Assembly: GCA_030704615.1 (NCBI GenBank)
Contig: CM060731.1
Location: 75,454,001 to 75,518,000 of the forward strand
Length of the DNA: 64,000 nt
Direction: 5' to 3'
From: Takakia lepidozioides
Taxonomy: Eukaryota; Plantae; Bryophyta
This document shows, in pieces, positions 27,396-38,393 of this stretch. The notes under the pieces were generated by a model. That model did not search any database and was not told where the DNA came from. It saw nothing but the letters and a program-made list of their open reading frames with translations. Position 1 is the first letter of the stretch. Every line of letters starts with the position of its first letter. The position numbers and the translations under genes are program-made.

Positions 27396-30084
27396 CTAGA
27401 CAGACATTCCCAAAGGAAATGACAGCTGACTTGGTTTCAATTGAAGACGGGAGTTTAATTTCAACAACCGGAGTTCACAAGCACGTGAAATACTCATTCC
27501 CCAGACATTAATGCAGTACAGCATTCGACATCCCCGACCAAGTGCTAACAGCCCAGTTTCGGTCACATGGCGGCATCCCCACAGAATGAGAACCTGCAAC
27601 CCACAGGCACACCATTAGGTTAATTAGCAGAAGAACTAGCATACAGTAATGGCGACTTGTATTTGTAGAACTCAAAGAACCAGATACCACAGATGAATAC
27701 AAAATGCCCACCTTCTGCCGAATTGGGGCACCATATGTTTTGCATGGTAGTTTCTAATAGTTCAGCATTCCTTCTATGGCTGTTGATAATCCCGTGTGTC
27801 CACCAACAATAGCCCACTAAAATTGGGCAGATTTCTGCACATTGACAAACCTTCAAGCAGGAGCAATGGGTCGCAATAGCCAACACAGAGACATCAGTGA
27901 TGAAGGTGCCCCCCACATTCAAATGCTCCAATGCTCGCGCCCTTGACACCTGCACCAGCAGTGGCAATGCCCATTTAGACTGCTTCATGCCGGACAATAT
28001 GTGGTTGGATAGAAAGATGTCACTACTGCAAATTTATCTGTGTGTGTGTGTGTGTAGGTGGAGCTGGCTCTCCTTTTTCTCCGAACTGGACCAAAATTTT
28101 ACTAAACCAAAGTGTAAGCTTGCAAAATTCCAAATATTTGTGAATGGCTCTAGCCGTCGTCTCTTCCTATCTCCAGCTTGCTATCAGGAATTGCCCTTTT
28201 ACATTTGCTTGATCCGGCATGCATGAGACTTCTGGAGCTTTAAATGAGATCACCAGGAGATAAAATCTTACCAAAGGGCCGGTAATCATCTCAATGGCTT
28301 TTCATTCTATAATCAGGCAGCCTGGAAAGATACTGGCAACCAGCAGCAAAACTGATTGCTGGTGCCCAAACCGAACTTCCACCCTGTTTGAAAATGAAAT
28401 TCTCCTTCCACAACCCTAATGTCCGCCAAGTCAGATCGTCTCCATTCTAACAGAATAAGAACATCAAAGACTGTTGGAATCACCATACCAGATGCACTAC
28501 ACCTTCATCGGTGATGCCTGTCACACCCCACAGTGAGAAAGATGTTAGATTTGAGCAGCAGCCTGCAAATGAGATTCGATGGAGCCCAACATCAGTAATG
28601 CGACAGCCCCACCTGCCCAGAGAGCTGCACAAGTAAACAAAATTCAATCAATGCGAGTCTCAGGTTGGAATTTATATTGCCTGAAGATGGAACAAGGAAA
28701 GTGGCGCAATTCTAAGCAGGTCTCAATGTTTAAGGATCTTCCTGTTACTATCCATTCACGTCTTTATGGAACAAAGACGGAACCAAAATACCAGGCCTAA
28801 ATAGCTGCTTGCTGAAGGTAGGCAGCCTTAGTATTTCTAGTCTTCATAACTAAATGCCTCTGCCAAGGACGAGCAGCCTCTGAAAAGACCCTAACATCTC
28901 CAGGCTTCAATCCCAGAACATACAAGACAGGAGATGAGAAAAGTTTCCTGTCTCCACTTCCTGCATGTTCCAGACTGTGAGTGGAGAGGGAAAAACAATA
29001 CAAGTGGATGTAATATCCCTGAAAGTACTTGCAACATTTTCTCAATTTGTGTGCATGGGTGCAGCTCCAGACTACTGCGAAACATGAAGCTCCAACCACA
29101 GTTCAAATTAATTTTTTTGGACAACGATGATTATACATGTCCAGAGCGAAGCTCGAGATGTAAAGCAGAGCTGAGGTTTATTAAAAGAAAGCCTAACATA
29201 TTAAGTTCCCGAAGGTTGCAAGCACCATCCACCAGACTAGAAACAGCAGCGTCATCTGCACGCCAGCCTGCAAAGCTCAACTTGTCCCGACATGCCAGGG
29301 CTTGCCTCATACCCTCTCTCCATTTCCTGCAAACTCTGCTAGCCCTGCCAGTCATCACCCACAAATGAACTCTTAGACAAGGCCTCAATGCAAATTCATC
29401 CTGCAGCTTTGAAGGATAGGTATTTAAGAATGAGCTGGGGTGAGGCACTCCAAACCACATTCTGTCTTGGGTCGGTGGGTTGTTCTTCCTTCCCTGTCTC
29501 ATTGTTCCAGATATCACAACATGAAAAACTTAACCAACAATTCTTAAAAAGCCCAACACAGTCCGCATCCCAACTATTCTATCTGAGACTGGCTTGGCGA
29601 GTGCATTCAAAAGTGCTGGATCACCAGACAGAGAGAAAGAGAATGTGAAAACAAAGGGGCTCACAAGCATGATCCCCGCAATGTTTCTCTCTACAACATG
29701 GCAGGTGAGAGATAAGCCCAGTAAGTGCGGTGGGATTTCCAAAAAATGCAAGGAGGAATTCACCCGATTTTTGGTAAAATTCAACAAGAACTACTTGAAT
29801 TTCGGTCAAATTCCGCTCAGGGATCATTGAGCAACTTTTTGTCAATTGTGGCAGAAATCTTACGAGGCCATGTCTCGGAATGATGACAGATGTAAGAAGC
29901 AATGGGCCAAGACATCCACCGGAACGTCACTCACACAAGACACCTCTCCATCCTTGCTGCGATCCAATGCTTCACACCAAACGCGGCTATGGAAGTCTTG
30001 CACAACAGACGCCGTAGTCGAGCTCACCATCTGTAAGCTTAGCAGGGCTGCTGCTGCCGAATTGGGAACGATTATGGCACTCAT
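27396..30084 (-). CDS. F-box/LRR (RNI-like) protein, resembling Arabidopsis At5g67140
   Basis: Exons approximately 29864-30084, 29199-29345, 28489-28624, 27851-27949 and 27396-27593. F-box VPVDVLAHCF..ASRVCRKW; LSFAGWRADD; WGCRITD; SLWGVTGITD; HLNVGGTFITD; WGCRHVTETGL. Confidence 0.88.
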
Positions 30085-31543
30085 GACTACCGCTTACCGA
30101 AGATTAATCAATGGAATGTACAATTGTGAGAAATCTGACGGGGTCTGGTCCTGGCCCGCCCTTTCATCCTCAAAATCCTAGGAATTCGACATCAGAAGAG
30201 GGAATACAACCGGGGAAAACTCCTCAATTTCTTTCGAACTACTTCGCTCGGAGATACTTGTATTTGGAGGGCTAAGTTACGGGAGAGACAGAGAAAGGAG
30301 ATGAGAGAAGGAGAAAGCAAGACTATCTCGAAGAATTAGATAATGGTAACGCCCATAAGACGAAGATTATGTCGAACAATTAGAAAATGGGTAACGTTGA
30401 GAAGACAGAAAACCATAGATCTCAGAGGATTCCTCACCTGCAGCTACACAAGGAGATTCAACGATCATGTGGCGAGCCAAGGAGATTCTCAGCGCATACA
30501 GAACTGGAGAGACGAACACGTATTACCTCCACACGTGCGGGAAGGGCTGTACTTTTAACTTGTTCATTCCCTTTACTTGTTTATTATTTTTCTGGACTCG
30601 AGTCCCACTTTTCGTTATACTTTTTATTTTTTGTTTTGTTAACAGGATCACTTTTGCCTTTTCTTTAATATGTCCACCATAATAATTGAAACTTAAATAG
30701 AATAGAAATGATATTCTATTCGTTTATCCATTTTATTGAACTTTATGTAATAGGAAATAGGATTTTCTTTTCTTTTCTTTTCTTTTTTTTAGAAAAGGGG
30801 ATTGTTCCATTTGTCTGTTACAAGATGACCGTGCCACCTCTAGTTTTGTTTTTTTGTTGTTTTTATACTAAGGGAACACAAGAACACACAACACACCCAC
30901 TTTATTTTTTAATATCTTTTATGTAGATCATAAATTAATATTTAGAGATACCATAGATTCTTCTTTTCTTTTGTTTCTTTTTTTTCTTCCTTTTTTTTCT
31001 TGAGCAGTAGGCTCTGTAAATTCACTGGATGTTAAAAAACTTTACTTAACCTTACCCTCTTTTGAGAGTTGACTCTGGCACTGGATTGGTTGTAGGGCGT
31101 GAGATACAACCAAAAACATTTTAATCGATTATTTAGAGACAACTGGAGCATGCTGGTTGGTGGAAAGTGTCTACTTTACAGCTGGTAAAGTGCCGGCTTA
31201 TGTGCTTTTACTCGCTTTTACTCGATGCTCGTTCTGCGTTCATCCATATTCACATATGCATCCAAACTCTTAGAGAACACGTTCCCAAGCACGACTCTGG
31301 ATGTACGGGGTGAGACATTAAATTGGTGCACTTTACGCTACTCCGGCTAGTGAAATATTGCCACTTGTCAAATAGGATTCATATACGACATGATACGAAT
31401 GGCCAGCTAGCACATAGGAATTAGATGTATTATTTTAATTTATTATATTATATTATTTAGATATAAGCAAAATATTTCCCTCGATCGGCGGTTAGGATTA
31501 GATGGGGTGGCAGAGCCGGATTGCAATGGACGGCTGTTGCAAG

Positions 31544-31623
31544 CTCTCTCTCTCTCTCTCTCTCTCCTGTGGCCTTCCTTGCTCGTCTCCGCAGCTGCCT
31601 CTCTCTCTCTCTCTCTCTCTCTC
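31544..31623. repeat. Paired (CT)n microsatellites
   Basis: Two CT runs separated by about 30 bp, upstream of the endonuclease-like gene. Confidence 0.8.
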
Positions 31624-31953
31624 CACTTTGGCATCACATTTTACGCCTCCCGTCTCCAGGGGCAGCTTCTGATCAACACTTTGGCTACTCTTTCTTCCTG
31701 TATTGGGCCCCTCTTGGGCACACGATGTACTACTTGAGTATGAAGACAAGATTGCGGATGATCATGAAAACAGTCATTCACAACATTTGGAAACCTGAGA
31801 ACTATAAGTCTACCGACGACTACTCCATTGCAAAACGATGTGAAATATTCTATGCTGACTCTTTTGAGTTCTCTCAGCAGTCCTGGTAGATAGTACGCTT
31901 TCTAAGCAAGTGGGAATGATCAACTCGAAGGAGGTCGCAAGTACTAATGCAAA

Positions 31954-34900
31954 ATGCCCGGTGTAAAATATAGTGACAAAAGTCGTGATTCTCCCTCAAG
32001 TATCTTGCAATGCATATTTTGGAATGTTCAATCGATTAGCGGGAAGAAACATGTGAGACATGTACAAGAGTACATTGCACGAAGGCAGGTAATCATGCAT
32101 GCACCCCATTCAATGCTTGAGGTAATCAACATCCAAATTTATGGCATAGACTTTATCTTGATCTAGTTAGGTCTTGGTAAAGCATAGTATGGTTGCCCAA
32201 GGAGGAATTGTTTTCTTTAAGTACCGCGGTCGTCATCTACAAAGTTATTGAACGCATGAACCAGAATTTAGAAGCATATACCTTTCGCTAATTAATTACA
32301 GTATGGAGAAGGCCCAAGGTATTGCAGTTTTGAATTATTGACACTGATTCAATTGATTTTTGTATATATCACCTCTTGACTCTTGCAGTCATATAGGCTC
32401 TCTCTCTCTCATGTTTCCATCCCTATTCCGAACAGTGTATCAACTCAGATCAGTATCTTGACTCAGAGACATGTTACTATTTCGTGAGGTAGCATAGCAA
32501 TGTAATTATCAAGTGTGGTGGTGTTACTGATGTGTGGAAATAATTTTCAGGTGGATCTACTCTTTCTATCTGAAACATGGCAGCACAAGGGTCAACCTCT
32601 TCCTCAATTACCGGTGCAAACCCATTATTGTTATGATTGTTATCTATCGTGAAAAGATTAAAATCATGTTACTTCCAATCAGCTAAATGAATCTGTGAAC
32701 CGTGGGCGCAATTAAATACTTATATCTCAATTCTGGACTCTTACAAACTTTGTTTATAAATTTGCTCAATATTGAAAAACATTATGTAACGTTGGTGTAT
32801 GATGATGATAGTTATAGATTGCATTTGAATTGCTACAGGGCTATGACCTCATTTCTTGTACGAGTGAACCAACTGGGGGCAGTGGAGGAGTTGCTTGCTA
32901 CTTCAAGAAAGAGTATGAACCTTATATCTCATTGTACAAAAAAGACCCTCATGGGCATTATCTATGGTTAAAAATCGACCAGGAATTCGGATTCGAGAAG
33001 GACTTGTTTGTAGCAATTTGTTACTATCCTCCAAAATCTTCAACTGCTTATAAGGACCGCGACAAATTAGACCAAGGGTTTCCATTTGAGAATTTGCACC
33101 AAGACATTAGTTTCTTCACAAAGACTGAAAATAACAACGATTTCTTTGTGGTTGGAGATTTCAATAGTCGGATAGGGGATGCACAAACCCAAGAAGCTTG
33201 TCGACATGGGCTTTCCCGAGAGTCTGCAGACAAAAAGACCAACACATTTGGATATCTGTCGGTTAAACGACTTGATCATTTGCAATGGCGTTACACAGGT
33301 GCCAACTTTTATACCACTTTCTATCCACATGTGCTTAGTTTTTATTTAGGATGTTGTCTTCTGCAAGCAATGAACCACATGAAGGTACCTGTGTAGGAGT
33401 TCTAAACTTCTGTTCTGGTGGCTTAATGTACAATTTGGCATTCATGATTCTTGTGCATCCACGCGGTGCATCATAGGTGTGGCCCAACTCAGGAGATACC
33501 ACTTGCCGAAACAGGAGTGTAGTGGATTATATATTAGCACCAGTTTCCAAGGCCCGCTACCTAGTAAGAGACATTGACATTCTCCCATTAGAGAAAAAGT
33601 CAGATCACAATGCATTGAACTTCACATTGAGACGACAACTTAAAAATCCCAACATTAAGATACCACATGAAGATGGACCAAAACCACATGGCCCACCTCA
33701 ACATCGGGACGAGGCTTTACCTGCAAGCATCATAGAAGTTGATGAAGTAAACCTTAAATGCCAAGCTCATGCAGAAGAACTTATCTTGAAGAAAAATAAA
33801 GACAACCATGTCGTCAAAAAGAATCAAGATGGGGGTGTTTCAGTAAGGGTTGAAACCTTAGGATATATCTCAGATATATATATGGAACGTTTAAACAATC
33901 ACAGTGGCTTGATGCTGAATTTACTACGGTCCCAATTCACCGGCATTGACAAATTATTTTACAATATTATCTCAACAATGCAAGAAAAGTGTGTAGCTTG
34001 GAAAGAGCAGGATGCACATTTACATGGAAGTATTGTAGTGAGATCTAGGCTTACTTCCTTCAGTAATCTCAACAGTGATATGTTTGGTCGACAGCTCAAC
34101 ACGGTTCAACCTTTCCCAGTTCTCGAGTTGGGAGCAGCAGCATTGGTAGAGGCAAGAACAACTCGGTTGCTCAACAAGATATTGACTAACAGTTTGGGCC
34201 TCAAAGACCAAAACATGAAAATCAATCATGGAAATATTGGTAGCCACCCTAACTTTTTATCGTACAGAAAGGGATACATGACTCGAAATTTTGAACCTCG
34301 TCGTGCAACTTCTAAGGCCACTCCGTTACCTGATAAGAAGGTACTTGGAGATGGTTTAGGTTGCAAAGAATGGAACCCAACAGTCGAAGAAATTATCAGC
34401 CATGATCCCATTTATCGCTCGGACAAAAGAGAACTAATGACAATCAATTCCCGTCCTGCATCGGTGGCCTCTCCAGGGCTGGTACAAGTAGCTAGGTAAT
34501 TTTACTCATGAATCCTTTGTAGCAGGTATATTGGAATTGACTGAACTGTCTAATAGTAGGATGAATCATTCAGATGATTATAGTCAATAACTACTCACTA
34601 GATTTTTTCGAAGCATTGCAAACATGAAACATCCCGATCAACATATCTCGAAACACATCAGTTCAATTTTAACACTCACTAATCGTGGTGGGTGGTTCCA
34701 TAGACTGTATGTGCGAGCTGATACCTCATGTCGGGGAGCGAGTAGTGACGGCTCAAGAATGACTACAGGATTTTCCACACCCAAGGGACTCCAAATTGGG
34801 GCTGGATTTCGATGCACTTGTATGTCTCCTGGACGAGAATTCCAAGTATATCAGCCCACATTGAGCAAGGTGGGCGGTGCCATGACTGTAGTTGAAGACA

Positions 34901-35016
34901 CTAACAGCTTCTTCTCTCTCATACGAAATCTAAAATCGGCCTATGCATCTGGAAAGCTTTGGAAAACCATAGCTCAGTTTAAGATTGCTCGTGACCTTGT
35001 GAAGGCTATTCGTTGA
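31954..35016 (+). pseudogene. Intron-containing gene: LINE-type APE/EEP endonuclease fused to an unassigned ~400-aa C-terminal region; one frameshift near 33248
   Basis: Exons 31954-32088, 32551-32613, 32839-33298, 33477-34495 and 34602-35016, all GT-AG. Motifs in order: FWNV, DLLFLSETW, GGVACYFK, YYPP, VVGDFNSRIG, LDICRLNDLIICNG (shifted frame), VVDYIL, SDH. Confidence 0.75.
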
Positions 35017-35552
35017 CATGATCATGATCTATCATCCATTCAAGTTTAATATTATTGAAATTACATTTGATCACTTCTAATGTTGCACTGGTAATTGCCT
35101 TCAAAATGTTAGAACAAAGGCAAGGCCCACAGAGGTTTGAGTTGCAACCATGGTCTGAGCAAGTCCTCAAGCATCATTGTCAAGAGGTCCAGAGGAGTCC
35201 CTCCAAAGTCAGCGTAACTAAGAGCCCCTGCCTCTCTGTTTGGGGTGAGGGCCTGTATCATGATCAAGTAAACTTGAGCAATTATCAAGGTTAGGTATGT
35301 ATAGTGTCACAATAACATGAATTTGAATTTTTCCTATACTTCAATTTCATTATATATAATTAGTTCTATTGGCATCTGTGAGTGACCTATCCTTTAATTT
35401 AATACAAATCATATAAACCAGGGCCTCTGTCCCCCTGTTTATTTATTTCAAAAACAAATCCCATAAATTGATAGAGAAAAAAGTGAGAGAGGGATAATGT
35501 CAAATCCAGTGCAACCAGCAAAATTTCTTTTTGATTGATCATGGGTACTTAC

Positions 35553-36405
35553 CAGTGTTGTACTGGTATGTGCCGGTAGGCTGGGGTATGTGCACTGGTA
35601 TGAGTAAGGGTATTGTAGAACATACCAGTTGGGTATGTCTTGGGGCATATACCATGGACGCTATACCATGGACCCGGGTTTTGAACACTAGACCTACCCC
35701 CTACCTACCATGCCAGTCTACGTATGAACTACTTTCATACTCTGCTCGAGACCAGTATTGAGGATTGAGGAACTCAAGCTAGCATGGGTAAGTGTAATGA
35801 TACAATAGGGGTAGAAGGTATGCCGTACAATGATCAGCATACAAGGTACAATATGCAGGATTTCTTCAGTTTTTGTCACGGCATCGAGCTTTTCTCCCAT
35901 TTGTTACAATCCAGCCTTACAATACAAAGACTTTCACTAATTTATGAGCAATTCAAATTAGTTTGCATGGGCAGGTGTGATTGCAATTTTCTTTTCTTTT
36001 TTTCCAAAACTTATCTTGCATTTTATTATGTGAGGGGAAAAAATAAACCCCTGCGGGGCCATAAGGCAAACACACATGACGGTGAGGGACGAACCCAGAG
36101 TACTTTATCGGAGAGAATCCATCTTTTTATTTTTTACCCTTTGTATGTTGCCCTCAATCTGGTTTTAATTTCAGCTTTGAATACAATATGATGACTGTTA
36201 GGGTATACCATTGCACATGCTCCCCCCATATGTCATTTGAGTTTTTGCCATACCTAGGACCAGGGTATCTCAAAATTGGAAATACCCATACCCATACTAT
36301 AACCTATCCTAATCTAACCCCGGGCCATACCAGTTGGACCCAAGAGCCAAGTTGGAGCTACCAGTACCAATCTGGTATGTCAAAAATGGACATACCAGTA
36401 CACTG
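35553..36405. mobile_element. hAT-type MITE A
   Basis: Ends CAGTGTTGTACTGGTATG / CATACCAGTACACTG. Flanked by GTACTTAC (35545-35552) and GTACGTAC (36406-36413). Subterminal GGTAT/ATACC motifs. Confidence 0.75.
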
Positions 36406-36413
36406 GTACGTAC

Positions 36414-37120
36414 CACTGTTGGCCGGGTATGGCATCTTGACATGCATATCCGGCGGTTATTTGCGAGTTATGCACATGTGCATAACCGGAAAGTGTAGGG
36501 TGTTATACCCGGAGCAAGATCCGGAGCAAGATCCGGAGCAAATGTGGCTAGCGTAGAGGCGGTTCTAGATAATACAAGTGTAAGGGTTAGTGATGGTAGT
36601 TATGAAATTACAATGTTGGGGAGATTAGGTGCACAACATTAATGAGAATGTCCAAGTAGGAAATTAATTAGTTGGGCATTTGGCATTTGGCATTTGGCTA
36701 AGACAATAGTTGTAACTTGTAAGTTTAGTGTATCAGAGGGGTAGAGAGATAGATGACAGGGTTGAACGTTTGAACTTTGAACCCGGAGACCCACAACCAA
36801 TACTCTAGTGGCTTATCACCATGCCACCGCCCTTTTGTGTATAGTTTTACACACATACACAAAAATGCTAGAAAAAAGTAAAAATAAATAAAAGTGGATG
36901 AATCCCATAACCGGTACCATGGAACCGGCATTTTTTAAGATGGCATAACCGGTAGATTGAGAACCGGACAAAAAAAAATCCATATGTTTATTGAGAACCT
37001 GTAACCGAGATGTTTTTCAAACCTATTGGTATACCTTGCCCTGGCCATCCATTTTTTTCAAAGAGTACACCATAACCGGGACCGGGAGAGGGCTCAAAAC
37101 ATGGTACCCAGCCAACACTG
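36414..37120. mobile_element. hAT-type MITE B
   Basis: Ends CACTGTTGGCCGGGTA / TACCCAGCCAACACTG. Flanked by GTACGTAC and GTACTTAC (37121-37128). Internal AACCGG motifs and CCGGAGCAAGAT x3. Confidence 0.75.
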
Positions 37121-38393
37121 GTACTTACCAAGAATGCTATTTATAAAATTTCGCCTGGACTCTGAAATTGTTCTTTTTGGAGTAGATAATTTTCAATATG
37201 GTGTGTACAAATCTTAAATTCTCTATACATCAATTTCATTTATTCCAGAAATAGCTTGTTAATGAAAATATAAAACCATCTCGTTACTTTGATGGCTTTA
37301 AAATTTTCTCTTTTTTTCTTGCATATAATATGTTGATACATGTAGGCGCAATTAAAATAAGTTCTATTTCCTTGGGTGTTCATTGATCATGTTCTTGTCT
37401 ATGCCATTGGTTGCTTCTTGCTTGGTCCCTTCGCAATTCGGTTACATATGTTATCGTATCTCTAATGATTTTTGAAGTTAAAATTTTGATGGCGATGGCG
37501 ATGGCGGAGTTGCGAAGGAGCATCCAACGGTCGCTTCACCTCTCACTTGTAGCTTTCCCCAACTCTATCTGTTTTTATCAGTCTGCTTTAGTATGCATAA
37601 TGATCCCCTTTCTATTAGCTTTTTTTTCATATTCATTTTGATGTGTTTGGTATCTCTTGTCAAGCTCTGCAGTATGTTCATCGATCCTTCTTTCAAACTT
37701 CTCCTTTCAGCTCGTGCTTGCTAATAGTGTATCCCTAAATCGCCCTCTAGAGCCGTCTCTAATTAAGACTGTTGTCACTGTCTCGTTTTCCCGCTAGTTC
37801 TAGCTCCTTCCTCTCTCCTCTTGTTTTCTATAGCACACAGTTCTCAGCTCTATCTCCCCCCTCTTTGTTGTGCTGTAATCGCCGTCATTGTATCCGTTCC
37901 TAGTTCCTGCTGTTCCGGAGAGTTTCAATTTCTAGTTCCTTATTCTTTCCTCTTCTTTCTGCATCTCTTAGCTCCAGCCCTCACCAGCCCTCTAGCTAGC
38001 GTCGTCTCTATTTGTTGCGTCAATTATTGTTTCGTTTCTCGCTACATCCATATTTTTCCTCATCCTTTCTCTTCCGGAGTGCTATCCGCAGTTTATCTTG
38101 TTTCTCTTCAAAATCTCCATTAGAGTGTTACTTCAGTGCCAAGTGCTGTTCATTGAGTTTTCTATGGTGCATTATGGCCCCTGGAAGTAGTAAGCCTCGG
38201 CTCAAGGAGCCAGTCGAGACTCAGATTCCCAGGAGCATGTTGCTGCCAATGCAAAGAAGAATACAACCAGCCTCTAGAACCGGGTTCTTTATGGCGCATC
38301 AAGCCCGTTCAAGGATGGGCTCGGCCAATGGGTCAGTAAGGCCCCTCTCTCCTCCCTTCACATTCAATCCCCTCACTCCCCCCCAACCACCAC

